Positions 19,621-29,795 of a DNA stretch of 64,000 nt are shown here, one piece after another. The notes below the pieces were generated by a model. It saw only the letters and a program-made list of their open reading frames with translations. It ran no database searches and was not told the DNA's origin. Positions within the stretch are counted from its first letter, which is position 1, and every line of letters starts with the position of its first letter. The position numbers were made by a program, and so were the translations under genes. Origin of the DNA: Planctomycetota bacterium (GTDB lineage: Bacteria > Planctomycetota > UBA8108 > SXIK01); the NCBI GenBank assembly GCA_965223265.1, contig OZ244999.1, positions 7,616,001 to 7,680,000 on the forward strand. The letters are read 5' to 3'.

Positions 19621-22600
19621 ATGACTTTTTCGCCAAGCCCACGCCACCCCGGCTTTATCTTGTCGGAACGCTACGAAGTCGAGCGGAAGCTCGGCTCCGG
19701 TAGTCTAGGTCGAGTCTATCTGGCACGCGACCTAATGCGAAACCGCACCGTAGCGCTCAAGGTCGTGCGTTCCGAACGCTTCGGTCCCGGCGCACTCACG
19801 GCTCTGCAGCGAGAGTTCCGCGCTATTGCCTCCCTCCGACACCCGCAGATCGCTCAAGCGTTCGACTTCGGGTACTCCACCGACGAGGCGCGCCTCCCGT
19901 TCTATACGATGGAATACGTCGAAGGCGAACCTCTGGCGAGCGGTCCGCCGTCGTCCGGGTCACGCCCACTCGCATTTCTCCAGCCCGTTCTCGACGTCCT
20001 GGAAGCGCTTGAGTACCTCCACGCCCACGGACTCCTGCACCTCGACGTCCACCCCGGCAACGTCATCGTCTCGCCGCGCGACCGAGGGGCCGTTTTGATC
20101 GACATCGGCATGGTGCGGCCGAACGTCGATGCCATACCTTCCGTTCTGATGAAATCGGCGACGTGGATCGCTCCGGAAGTCGTCGCCGGTCAACCACCCA
20201 CCCCGAGCGCCGATCTCTTCTCGGTGGGAAAGCTAGCGCGCTACCGACTCACAAGTCCGCACGATCGCCGGCCCCACCTGCCCCGGGAGATTCCTGGCTG
20301 GGGATCGCGCCGCATGTTGGCGCTCGAACGCGTACTCGACAAAGCCACCGACGACGATCCCGAGCAGCGCTTCGAGTCCGCGGCCGCTTTCCGCGATGCG
20401 CTGGTGGCGGCTCTTGGCACGGGACATCACGGGCGCAGGGTTTTCGAGCCCGGCGACGTCACCATGGGACGCGCCCGCGAACTCGGAGCGATCGATGCGA
20501 CGATCGACTCGTGTTTGTCCGGGAAGACATCCGTCCTCTGGTTCGTCGGCGACTTCGGAATCGGGAAAAGCCAGCTTCTCGAGCAGGCACGAGTGCGAGC
20601 TCAGTTGCGGGGACTTGAGGTCGTCCAGACGCGATTCGCGCCCCAGGAGACGCAAGGAGTGCTGCGCGATCGTCTCTCACGTTCCGTACCCAAGGCCGCC
20701 GAGTGGCTCGCCCCGCTGGCGATGGAACATGGTGGCTCTTCCGCCGAACGCGCCAGCAAAGTTGCGCAGTCCTTCCTCGCGAGCCACGGCGCGGCGGTCG
20801 TGCTTCTGCTCGACGACGTTGAACTCGCCGACCGCGAGAGCCGACTTCTGGTAGACGCCTTCCTTGAGGAGTGCCTCGCACGGAGTTCAAGCAACCGCCT
20901 GGGCCGCGGCCTCGCACTTGTGCTCGCGAGTCAAGCGCCGCCCCCCAAGCCCGCCGGCGGTGATCGCAAACACGTGAAACGACTGCGCCCTCTGAGCACC
21001 AAGACTTCCCAGGATCTTCTGGAGTCACTTCTGCGCCCACTCAACGTCCCGCGAGCCCTGATCGCGGAGTGGGCGCGGGCCTCGCAAGGGAAACCCCGGC
21101 GTCTTCGGATGATCGCCCGGGCCGTGCAGCACGGCCGCGCCGGCCGCGGCAGCCGCGACATGGCTGCTGATGCTTTCGCGGCTTGGAGCGGTCAAGAGAT
21201 GGATGTGGAGCAGATCCTCTCCGATCTCGAGCCGACCGATGTCGGCGTGCTGCTTACGCTGGCGGTCTGTGCGCGGGGGCTGACCGAGGTTCAAGCCGCA
21301 GCTATCTGCTCGTCGGAAAGCGTCGCGCGAGCTCGACGCAGCCTGCGTCGTCTGACGAGCGCCGAACTCGTTATCAAGACCAAACGTGGTCGCTCAAACC
21401 TCTACTACATCCCGGCGTCGCAGCTTAGAGAACAGCTCAGCGCGACCACACGTGCGGTCGAACGCAAACGAATCCATGAACGCGCCGCTGCGTTTCTTCA
21501 AAGCCAATCGTCCGTCGACCTTCACGATCAACAGTCGCTTGTGCATCACCTTTTCGCCTGCGGTAAGGCGACTGAAGGCCACAGCCATGCAATGGCGACG
21601 TCGCAATCCCTGCGCACGGAAGGACACCATGAGGAGGCTGTCAATCTGCTCGAGCACTCGCTGCGGCACGCGCGGAGTCGACTCCAGCGCCTCCATCTCG
21701 CCGAAGCGATCAGCGAAATCCGCAGCGCAACGGGAGATCACGCCGAAGGGATCTCCGTCCTCGAGCCGGTCTTTGTCGAGTCGAAAGCGCGGCTCAATCG
21801 TTCCGAAGCCGTCCGCTTACGTCGTCGTCTCGGCGTCCACTTTCATCGTCTTGGCGATTGGAGCCGCGCCGTCACGCTTTTCGATGAGGCACTTGGATTC
21901 GCATCCGCCGCAGCCGACGCTACCGAAATCATATTCATCTATTCGGAGCTGGCGGAGATCCATACGTTTCGAGGCGACTTCGAGGCCGCCAAGGAGTCCT
22001 GCAACGCCGGTCTCGAACTCCTCAGCGACCTCGAGGCGAAGACGGATTTCAAAAGATCGATGGAGGTGACGCTTCGCGCTAGCCTTGGCCACGCCGCGCT
22101 CCGCAGCATGCAACTGGAACGCGCCATCGCCGAGTTCGAGGAGGCTCTGAAGCTCGCTCGCACAACAGGCACGACGACGTTCCGAGCGCAGATCTTGAAC
22201 AACCTCGGCATCGCCCATAACCAGCGTAGCGATTTCTCCCAGGCAGAGCGGTGCTTCCGACGTGCGGCGAAGTTGCACCTGCAGGCAGGCGATCGCGCCA
22301 ACCTCATCCAGACAGCCTGCAACCTCGCGGTGATCGCAGCGAAGCGCGGTTCGGCCTCAGCGGCGCGCGCGGAGATCAAAAACGCGCAGCGCCGATTGCA
22401 GGAGCACCCGGGTGTCCGACTCGAGTTCTTCGTTGGGGTCTCAGCGGCGCTCACCGAACATCTTGTGGGCGAAAGCGAGAAAGCCGTCGAGTCGTTCCGC
22501 GCGGCACTTCCTCTTGGCTACAAACTGGAAGACCACTACCTCGTCCATTTCAGCGAAGTCTACCTCGCTGAAGCCGAGATCGCTTGTGGACGCTACGACC

Positions 22601-24393
22601 GCGCTGGGCGCGTCTTGCGTTCGGCACTGAAGTGGGCGACACGGTCGGGACCTCCCGTTCTCAAGCGCATGGCAGCATCTCGTGCACTCGCCCTCGATCG
22701 TATGCTCGGACGCGAACAGAAGACGAGTCAGGCGCGCCGAGTGCTCGACGAGACGCCGCGCACGGAGATCGAGCTCCTGGAAGCATGGACGGATCTCTTC
22801 GTCGCTGCCGCGTCCGGCGTCGCACCGCTTCCTGATGCCGCGTCAACTGGTGCAAGCCCAGCGGCGCCCTCAACCTCAGTCCACGTGCAGCGTGCGCACG
22901 CGGTGTTTCGCCGACTCGGTGTCTCGGCGGGCGCTCGAATGGCGTTGGTCGCGCTCCTTTACGATGCAATCGCGAACAAAGCGACCGGTCGCGTACGGAC
23001 GCTGTTGACTCAACTTGAGGCAGACGCGGATGCTTCCCACGCATTTCTGCGTGTGTTAGAACCCCTGGCCCGCGGTGAAGCGTGCCTTTTCCTAGGCGAG
23101 ATGGAACGTGCGCAAGCCTGTTTACGCCAAGCAGCAGCCGCGATGGTGGGGAAACCGTTCCTCGAGCTCGATTGGCGCATCGAATACACGCGGGCCCGGG
23201 TTGCGCAGCGTCTCGGAGATCGGGAAGACGCGCGACACTATCTGCACCGAAGCTTGCAGGCGCGGGAGCTTGTCGCTCGATCCGTTACCGCCAGTCGCCG
23301 CGAACAATTCCTTGCGCAGCCGAGATTCAGAGACCTGGACGCGCTGCGATCACGCCTCGAACGCCCCCGTCCCCACGAGACGACGCCGCTCGCTGACGCC
23401 GCGCACAACTACCACGGCTTCATCGGGGCGTCGGCCGTATGCCAAGGCCTCTTCGATCGACTCGCACGACTCCGCGACCTTGATCTGCCCGCGCTCATCG
23501 TCGGCGCCACGGGTACTGGTAAAGAGCTCGTTGCGCGCATCATTCACGCCAACGGCCCGCACCGTCGCGGTCCTTTCCACGTTCTCCAGGCAACCGCCCT
23601 CCCTGCGGAGCTCTTCGAGTCAGAGCTCTTCGGCTACGAAGCCGGCGCCTTTACCGGTGCCGAAGACTCGCGAGTCGGTCTTCTGGAACATCTCAGCGGT
23701 GGTACTTTGCTCATCGATGAAGTCGATCAGCTCACGGCGTCGACGCAAAAGAAGCTTCTTCAGGTCGTCGACTCGAAACTGGTTCGTCCGCTCGGCAGTA
23801 TCAATCCCCGTCCTATCGATGTACGTTTCCTCGCCTCGTCGAGCGTCGATCCAGCCGCCGCCGTCGCGAGCGGGCAGTTGCTGCCGGAACTTCTCTATCG
23901 CCTGGCGCAGTTCGAGATTCAGCTGCCGCCGCTGAAAGAACGCCCGGACGACGTCCCACTGCTGATGCGACACTTTCTTTCGACACATGGCGAAAAGCTA
24001 GGACGTGAGCCGCCGTCGCTTTCGACCGGCGCGCTTGATCTTCTCTCGCAACTCGAGTGGCCTGGAAACGTCCGTGAGCTGCAGACGGTAGCGGTGCGCC
24101 TCCTGGTCTCTCACGCGGGGAGCACGGTCGACGCCGCGACCGTCGAAGATTTGCTGGCACCCGATCCAAGGCGCGAAGAGGCACTCTTCTCCGGTGACCT
24201 CTTCCGACGCCATGATCTGAAGAGTCTTCGGAATGAGCTTGAGCGGGCGTACCTGATTCATGTCTTCGAAACGACGGGGGGCGATGTTCAACGTATGCTC
24301 ACAGAACTGAACGTCGGGCGATCTAACCTCTATAGTTGGTTCAAACGAGTCGGCCTCGACGTCCAAAACTTGCGGCGCCGCGTCAAAGAGTAG
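19621..24393 (+). CDS. Ser/Thr protein kinase-P-loop ATPase-TPR-sigma54-dependent activator (EBP) fusion
   Basis: Kinase: LGSGSLGRVY, VALK, HLDVHPGN, DIG, APE. ATPase: GDFGIGKS and LLLDD. TPR helices (ILNNLGIAH). EBP: GATGTGKE, GAFTGA, LLIDEV, WPGNVREL. C-terminal HTH (VGRSNLYSW). Start chosen at ATG 19621. Confidence 0.9.
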   Translation: MTFSPSPRHPGFILSERYEVERKLGSGSLGRVYLARDLMRNRTVALKVVRSERFGPGALTALQREFRAIASLRHPQIAQAFDFGYSTDEARLPFYTMEYVEGEPLASGPPSSGSRPLAFLQPVLDVLEALEYLHAHGLLHLDVHPGNVIVSPRDRGAVLIDIGMVRPNVDAIPSVLMKSATWIAPEVVAGQPPTPSADLFSVGKLARYRLTSPHDRRPHLPREIPGWGSRRMLALERVLDKATDDDPEQRFESAAAFRDALVAALGTGHHGRRVFEPGDVTMGRARELGAIDATIDSCLSGKTSVLWFVGDFGIGKSQLLEQARVRAQLRGLEVVQTRFAPQETQGVLRDRLSRSVPKAAEWLAPLAMEHGGSSAERASKVAQSFLASHGAAVVLLLDDVELADRESRLLVDAFLEECLARSSSNRLGRGLALVLASQAPPPKPAGGDRKHVKRLRPLSTKTSQDLLESLLRPLNVPRALIAEWARASQGKPRRLRMIARAVQHGRAGRGSRDMAADAFAAWSGQEMDVEQILSDLEPTDVGVLLTLAVCARGLTEVQAAAICSSESVARARRSLRRLTSAELVIKTKRGRSNLYYIPASQLREQLSATTRAVERKRIHERAAAFLQSQSSVDLHDQQSLVHHLFACGKATEGHSHAMATSQSLRTEGHHEEAVNLLEHSLRHARSRLQRLHLAEAISEIRSATGDHAEGISVLEPVFVESKARLNRSEAVRLRRRLGVHFHRLGDWSRAVTLFDEALGFASAAADATEIIFIYSELAEIHTFRGDFEAAKESCNAGLELLSDLEAKTDFKRSMEVTLRASLGHAALRSMQLERAIAEFEEALKLARTTGTTTFRAQILNNLGIAHNQRSDFSQAERCFRRAAKLHLQAGDRANLIQTACNLAVIAAKRGSASAARAEIKNAQRRLQEHPGVRLEFFVGVSAALTEHLVGESEKAVESFRAALPLGYKLEDHYLVHFSEVYLAEAEIACGRYDRAGRVLRSALKWATRSGPPVLKRMAASRALALDRMLGREQKTSQARRVLDETPRTEIELLEAWTDLFVAAASGVAPLPDAASTGASPAAPSTSVHVQRAHAVFRRLGVSAGARMALVALLYDAIANKATGRVRTLLTQLEADADASHAFLRVLEPLARGEACLFLGEMERAQACLRQAAAAMVGKPFLELDWRIEYTRARVAQRLGDREDARHYLHRSLQARELVARSVTASRREQFLAQPRFRDLDALRSRLERPRPHETTPLADAAHNYHGFIGASAVCQGLFDRLARLRDLDLPALIVGATGTGKELVARIIHANGPHRRGPFHVLQATALPAELFESELFGYEAGAFTGAEDSRVGLLEHLSGGTLLIDEVDQLTASTQKKLLQVVDSKLVRPLGSINPRPIDVRFLASSSVDPAAAVASGQLLPELLYRLAQFEIQLPPLKERPDDVPLLMRHFLSTHGEKLGREPPSLSTGALDLLSQLEWPGNVRELQTVAVRLLVSHAGSTVDAATVEDLLAPDPRREEALFSGDLFRRHDLKSLRNELERAYLIHVFETTGGDVQRMLTELNVGRSNLYSWFKRVGLDVQNLRRRVKE

Positions 24394-24605
24394 CTCACTT
24401 CTGATCGGCGAAAGCAAGATGAGCGATCGCACAGCCCCGGTCGACGAGAAAAAAAAGACACGAACCCAGCTTCGTACACCAACGCCGGGACGAGATCCTG
24501 CATGCCCTTGAAAACGTCGACTTGAATCTACGACGGCGAGGGCCTTCGCTTTGCTCCGGGGCGCCGGTGGTCGGCCGGGATTCACGGTGCAGGATACGCG
24601 GCGTG

Positions 24606-24633
24606 TTGACAGTAGGGTCCAGGCGTCTATCAT
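24606..24633 (+). promoter_or_regulatory. Candidate sigma70 promoter for the GT2 gene
   Basis: TTGACA (24606-24611), 16-nt spacer, TATCAT (24628-24633), about 84 nt upstream of ATG 24717. Confidence 0.5.
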
Positions 24634-24716
24634 GCGCGGACGACTCGAGATCCCGTGCGGTCCCGTCACTGACTGGTGTTCCTCTCGAGCAGAGTCGCCA
24701 GCGAAGGTAGCGCAGC

Positions 24717-25757
24717 ATGAGCGATATGGAAACCATCGGTGAAGAAGACGGCTCCGCCGCGGACGCCGATCCGGTCCTGTCGGTTCTCATCGTCAGCTTC
24801 AACACTAGGCTGATGACGCTAGACTGCGTTCGATCGGTGTTCGAAGAAACGCAAGGGATCGACTTCGAAGTGATCGTCGTCGACAACGCCTCGAGCGACG
24901 GATCAGCAGCAGCGCTGCGTGAGGCCCACCCCAACATTCATCTGATCGCGCTCGAAGAGAACATTGGATTCGCACGAGCGAACAACTTGGCCGCGGAATC
25001 GGCTCGGGGCAAATACCTGCTGCTCCTCAACCCGGATACCTTGGTCCTCCGGGGAGCGCTCAAGAAGCTCGTAGAGTTTATGGAAACGCACCCCGACGCA
25101 GGCGCGTGCGGCGGGCGCACGTACCTCGCCGACGGCAGCCTCGATCCGGGGTCGTGCTGGGGAAAAGCCACGCCCTGGAGCACCCTGTGCCGCGCGCTTG
25201 CACTCAGCTCACTCTTTCCCGGTAGCCGTCTGTTCGACCGTGAGTCACTTGGGGGGTGGAAACGAGACAGCGTCAAAACCGTCGACGTGGTCACAGGTTG
25301 CCTGCTCATTATCCAGCGTCGGTTGTGGCAGGAGCTAAATGGGTTCGACCCGCGGTTCTTCATGTATGCAGAAGACCAGGACTTGTGCCTGCGTGTCGCC
25401 GCGAGCGGCCGTCGCTGTTGGATTTGCCCGGAAGCCGAGATCATTCACTATCGCGGCGCATCAGAAAAAGTGCACGAGGACAAGGTCGTCCGCCTGTGCG
25501 CAGCGAAGAGCTTGCTCTTCCAAAAGCACTGGAAGCCCGGCGCCGCTGCGTTCGGCATCTGGGCCATGAATCTGCACGCATGGGTGCGCGTGCTTGGCAA
25601 CGGTGTGGCGGCACTCTTTTCGCGCCGAGCGGCCGAATCGTGCCGTACGTGGAAAGCGATTTGGCGGCGCCGTAGTGAATGGCGTGACATCCGGCTCGAC
25701 GACCTGGACACGGCACCAGTTGCCCGCGGCGACACCTCGAGAAGCTCGGCAACATAA
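24717..25757 (+). CDS. Glycosyltransferase family 2 protein
   Basis: SVLIVSFN, VVDNASSDGS, NIGFARANN, LLLNPDT, GFDPRFFMYAEDQDLC. Confidence 0.93.
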   Translation: MSDMETIGEEDGSAADADPVLSVLIVSFNTRLMTLDCVRSVFEETQGIDFEVIVVDNASSDGSAAALREAHPNIHLIALEENIGFARANNLAAESARGKYLLLLNPDTLVLRGALKKLVEFMETHPDAGACGGRTYLADGSLDPGSCWGKATPWSTLCRALALSSLFPGSRLFDRESLGGWKRDSVKTVDVVTGCLLIIQRRLWQELNGFDPRFFMYAEDQDLCLRVAASGRRCWICPEAEIIHYRGASEKVHEDKVVRLCAAKSLLFQKHWKPGAAAFGIWAMNLHAWVRVLGNGVAALFSRRAAESCRTWKAIWRRRSEWRDIRLDDLDTAPVARGDTSRSSAT

Positions 25758-25934
25758 TCTGCCGCCCGCGAAGGCAAGAGAACAACAGAGTGGGTCGCGG
25801 TCTGTCGCCCTCCGCTTCCGCAGGCGGCGCTTCGCGTCGCTGGACACGAACAGGCAGGGAAAGCTGAAGCCAGCGAGTGCGTCGCCCACCGCGGAGGGAC
25901 GGGCGACGCCAAGCTCGCTGGACTTCAAGCGGGG

Positions 25935-27929
25935 CTATATACCGACGAGATTGCAGGGCCCAAGCGCGTCGGGTGTCGGGTCGACACCGGCGGTGTCGAA
26001 CGGCGCCGGGATCACCCCGGTGCCGACGAAGAGTGAGTTCAAAATGTTGATCGGATCGGAGATGTCGATGCCGCCGTCGTCGTTCGAGTCTGCAGCGTCC
26101 GGACACGTCGGCTGTTCCCCGGAGACAAAGAGTGCATTGAGCAAGAAGTTAGCGTCAGCGATGTCCACTTCTCCGTCGCGATTCGCATCGCCGCGGCGGA
26201 AAATCGTAATGTCGCTAACGATACGCACCTCACCGGGCACAACGTTGGGAAGCACCGTGACGAACCGTGACTCACCTTCGAAGGTGAGCTCATTGTGCAG
26301 CTCGTACGGCCCCACTGGTCCATCCGGTGGACCGATTTCGACCACCGTGCCCGGGACGGCGTCAGCGGCAATTCTGAAACGCACCTTGAACGCCAGGGCG
26401 TTGGTGCCTGCCGCAAGCTCGAAACCGGCTTCGACGAGGCTCGGGACAAAACCGACATCGAAGATGCCTTCCTCCACCGACGAGCCGACGAAGATCGCCG
26501 AAGCGGTGGTCTCTTCCAGCCGCGACTCGTACTCGGTGCCTTCAAAGACGAGATCGACAGGATCGGCAACGTCTTCGTCGTACGTGGCCAGTAGTTGAAA
26601 CGCCTCGACGTCAACCGAGCTGCTGACGAAGACCGGCACGTCGACGAATCCGCCGGGGACCGCCTCGACCACACCGAAGCGAACCGTATCGGCGGTTTCT
26701 TCCGGAGGTATCACATCATACGCGGCGCAGTTGTGGCCGTCGGCCGTGGGATCAGGACCCAACTCCAGGAACGGCGCCGGCATCTCAGGGCCTTCTTGGA
26801 AGATACTCACGAGCCCAAAAATCACGTCCGAGATGTCGACGTCTCCGTCGTCGTTGACGTCGGCGGCGTCGAGGCAGTTCAAAGCGACTGAACCGAGGAA
26901 CAGAAAGCGACGTAGCATCAGCGAGTCAGCGGTGGAAATCTGACCGTCGGCGTTGATGTCGCCACGCACGAAATCGACGCTGGGCCCGGGTGGAGGTGGC
27001 GGCGGATCACCGTCACCGTCAGGGTCATCGTCAGGCGAGGAAGCCTCACACTGCGGCTCGGACGCTGGGGTGTCGGTACTGACGTCACAGCCGACGGCGA
27101 TGGCGGTCGGCACCGTCAGCGTGCCCGCGACGAGATCCGCAGCGATGGTTTGACTGCTGCCTTGGTCGACGAGAACGCCTCTGGCGAACGAGATGTCATA
27201 GGCTCCCGCGGCTGTGCCCGCCGCGAGGCAGATAGACAACTCCATAACCGCAACGTCCGAGCCCCCTGGAATGAAAACGTCGTCGTTGACGAGGTTCGGT
27301 AAATACCCAAAGCGCAGCTCACCGTCGATGACGCGACCTGCAAGAAAACCATTGGAGTCAAACTCGAACAGATCGACGCTGTCCTTCACGTCTGCGAGCA
27401 CGCCGCCTGCGATGTTCAGCGTTCCCGAGAACCCACCAACGTCCGTCGAGCTAGACACTTGCACCACAAGCGTCGCCGTCCCGTCGGCTGCGGCGACGGC
27501 GTCGACGATCTCTATCTTGGCGGCGTCGTCTTCTATGATCGACCCGCCGCCGTAGGACTGGCAGTTGCTTGAGTCCGGCGCTTCGCCGGGTTCAGGGAAG
27601 GGAGCGCAGGGCGGCGCACCCCCAAACGATTCGTGGACAAGCAGGCCGATCGTGTCGGAAATGTCGATGGTACCGTCACCGTTCACGTCGCCAGCGCTGA
27701 AGCACTCGAGGCTCCTCGTGCCGAAGAAAAGGAGTGCCGTACCGTGGTGGGCGTCGGCTACGTTGACGCTGCCGTCCCCATTGAAGTCGCCGCGGATGAA
27801 CGCCGTGCCCTGTGCCAACGACACTTCGACGTGGAAAAGAGCGCCGCAAAGAATGGCTGCAAGCAACAATCCACCGAATCGGTTCGACCCCTCGTGGGCT
27901 CGCCGTTGTTCGATATCCTGAACCTTCAT
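25935..27929 (-). CDS. Secreted non-catalytic dockerin/cohesin-like protein (D-C-D-C-D), scaffoldin-like
   Basis: ATG 27929 preceded by GGAGG; signal peptide. Three double-EF-hand units (FIRGDFNGDG...GDVNGDGTIDISD; FVRGDINADG...DVNDDGDVDISD; FRRGDANRDG...DSNDDGGIDISD) are separated by two cohesin-like beta-sandwiches (e.g. VEAVPGGFVDVPVFVSSSVDVEAFQLLATYD) and a Pro-rich linker. Confidence 0.75.
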   Translation of the reverse strand: MKVQDIEQRRAHEGSNRFGGLLLAAILCGALFHVEVSLAQGTAFIRGDFNGDGSVNVADAHHGTALLFFGTRSLECFSAGDVNGDGTIDISDTIGLLVHESFGGAPPCAPFPEPGEAPDSSNCQSYGGGSIIEDDAAKIEIVDAVAAADGTATLVVQVSSSTDVGGFSGTLNIAGGVLADVKDSVDLFEFDSNGFLAGRVIDGELRFGYLPNLVNDDVFIPGGSDVAVMELSICLAAGTAAGAYDISFARGVLVDQGSSQTIAADLVAGTLTVPTAIAVGCDVSTDTPASEPQCEASSPDDDPDGDGDPPPPPPGPSVDFVRGDINADGQISTADSLMLRRFLFLGSVALNCLDAADVNDDGDVDISDVIFGLVSIFQEGPEMPAPFLELGPDPTADGHNCAAYDVIPPEETADTVRFGVVEAVPGGFVDVPVFVSSSVDVEAFQLLATYDEDVADPVDLVFEGTEYESRLEETTASAIFVGSSVEEGIFDVGFVPSLVEAGFELAAGTNALAFKVRFRIAADAVPGTVVEIGPPDGPVGPYELHNELTFEGESRFVTVLPNVVPGEVRIVSDITIFRRGDANRDGEVDIADANFLLNALFVSGEQPTCPDAADSNDDGGIDISDPINILNSLFVGTGVIPAPFDTAGVDPTPDALGPCNLVGI

Positions 27930-28003
27930 CTGTCGTACCTCCCAACTCTCGTTTGATCCAAAACCGCTTCCGCCCCTTGACACGACGTCGTACCAGACCT
28001 TAA

Positions 28004-28019
28004 AGCAAAGGTCCTTCCA
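28004..28019 (-). promoter_or_regulatory. Candidate sigma54 (-24/-12) promoter upstream of the scaffoldin-like gene
   Basis: Minus strand reads TGGAAGGACCTTTGCT = TGG-N10-GC with TTGC at -12, about 75 nt upstream of ATG 27929. Confidence 0.4.
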
Positions 28020-28245
28020 CGACGTCATGTATAGAGAGCCGAATTCCTCTGTAAGATGCCCTGACACGTTAGCTTAGAGAAAAAAGCTGTTGCTCAGATC
28101 AGCGCCGCTCGCGGTCGGAGGCGTAAATCAGCGCTTACGGCAGTTCTTGACCGTGTCCGATGAGATCGGACAGGCGAGCGAGCGAACGGCGCAGTCTAAC
28201 TCGCGGCCGATCGCGACGCCGCGACACCCACAGGAGAGACAAGAC

Positions 28246-29304
28246 ATGCTCGTTGCTCCCAGGCGCCTACGACGCCTCGCCCAGGAGGCTCTTACCGCCG
28301 CTGGCTGCTCGCAAGAAGAGTCCTCGTGCGCCGCCGACCATCTCGTCGATGCGAACCTCTCGGGACATGACTCGCATGGGGTCGTGCGCCTGCCGATGTA
28401 TGTTCAGTGGCTCCTTGACGGAACGCTCACCCCCCGCCAGGAACTGGAGACGGTCGTCGACTCGGACTGCTTCGCAATCGTTGACGGTGGAGCTGGCCTT
28501 GGACAGCCCTTAGCCGCCAAAGCAGTGCGCCTCGCGCTCGAAAAGGTCGCAGCACACGGCGTAAGCATCATCGGACTACGAAACGCCGGTCACGTCGGGC
28601 GCGTCGGGCACTGGGTCGAGATGGCTGCGGAGGCTGGCAAGATCGGACTCTGTTTCGTGAACACGTCGGGGCGAGGCAACCTCGTGGCGCCGTTCGGTGG
28701 GATCGAACGCCGTCTCTCCGCCAACCCCATCGCGGTCGGCGTGCCGGTGAAAGGCGCGTCACCGATCGTCGTCGACGTCTCGACGTGCGTGATCGCGGAG
28801 GGCAAGGTGCGCGTCGCCTTCAACCGCGGCGAGAAGGTTCGCGCCGGCGCCATGATTGACGCAGCGGGCGAACCAACGGTCGACCCCGCCGAATTCTACA
28901 CCGATCCACCGGGAGCTCTTCTCCCCATCGGCGGCCATAAGGGGTTCGCCCTCGGTGTCGTTGTGGAAATCCTCGCCGGGGCGCTGACTGGAGGCTCCTG
29001 TACCCGCCCGGGGACGACGATCTTTCGTCAAAGCATGTTGACGATCCTCATCGATCCGTATCGTTTCCAAAGCGAAGGCGCGTTTTCGTCTGAAATCAAA
29101 GACTTCATTGCCTCAGTCAAGAGCTCCCGCCCGTCCACAGAGAACGGAGAAGTTCTCATGCCTGGAGAGCCGGAAGAGAGAACTCGGGCGCAGCGCCGGG
29201 AGCGCGGCATCGAGATCGACCAGCGCACGTGGGAGCAAATCGTCTCTGCCGCTCAGAGCGTCGGTATGAGCGCAGCAGAGATCGAGGCCACCTCGGGCTC
29301 GTGA
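28246..29304 (+). CDS. Ldh_2 family malate/lactate/ureidoglycolate dehydrogenase
   Basis: ANLSGHDSHGVVRL, NAGHVGRVG, SANPIA, GGHKGFAL, MPGEPE; AGGAG upstream of ATG 28246. Confidence 0.92.
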   Translation: MLVAPRRLRRLAQEALTAAGCSQEESSCAADHLVDANLSGHDSHGVVRLPMYVQWLLDGTLTPRQELETVVDSDCFAIVDGGAGLGQPLAAKAVRLALEKVAAHGVSIIGLRNAGHVGRVGHWVEMAAEAGKIGLCFVNTSGRGNLVAPFGGIERRLSANPIAVGVPVKGASPIVVDVSTCVIAEGKVRVAFNRGEKVRAGAMIDAAGEPTVDPAEFYTDPPGALLPIGGHKGFALGVVVEILAGALTGGSCTRPGTTIFRQSMLTILIDPYRFQSEGAFSSEIKDFIASVKSSRPSTENGEVLMPGEPEERTRAQRRERGIEIDQRTWEQIVSAAQSVGMSAAEIEATSGS

Positions 29305-29795
29305 CAGTGGCGCATCGGTCAAAATGGTGACCAAGGGCGCTCTTCGATGATGGAGCCGGACGGGACTCCGGGCCTGAACACGGATTGCAGCGTTAGCGAC
29401 CGAAGCGCACCGTCATAGCGAAGAGACGCCTGACGACAGCGACACCGGCAAAGAGGATGCACGAAACGATGAAGACCTTTTTCGGGGTTCGTTCACCTTC
29501 TAGCGGCCCCGCGTAGGAACTCCAGTTCATTGCAATCACTCCGTTCGTCAGTTGCGTTGACTCACGTCCGGGCCGTAGCCATTAGGCCACCAGCCCGTTC
29601 GTCTGAGATGTCGCAACTTCTGTACCGACCGATGCGAGCCTCTTTTCTCACGGGATCGCGCGAATGCCCACAACGGTTGTGCTATGATCCTGTCAACTTT
29701 CTCGACGTCTCGCCGGATTCCGCTCTACGCCCAGAACGGTCACCATCCGAAGCGAGCGAAAACTGACTCGCCGGACCGGATGACCGCCCGAACCA

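Noticed and set aside
24459-24466. Poly-A run upstream of the GT2 promoter as a phase-variation tract
   Set aside because: It is short and lies outside both the coding sequence and the promoter spacer.
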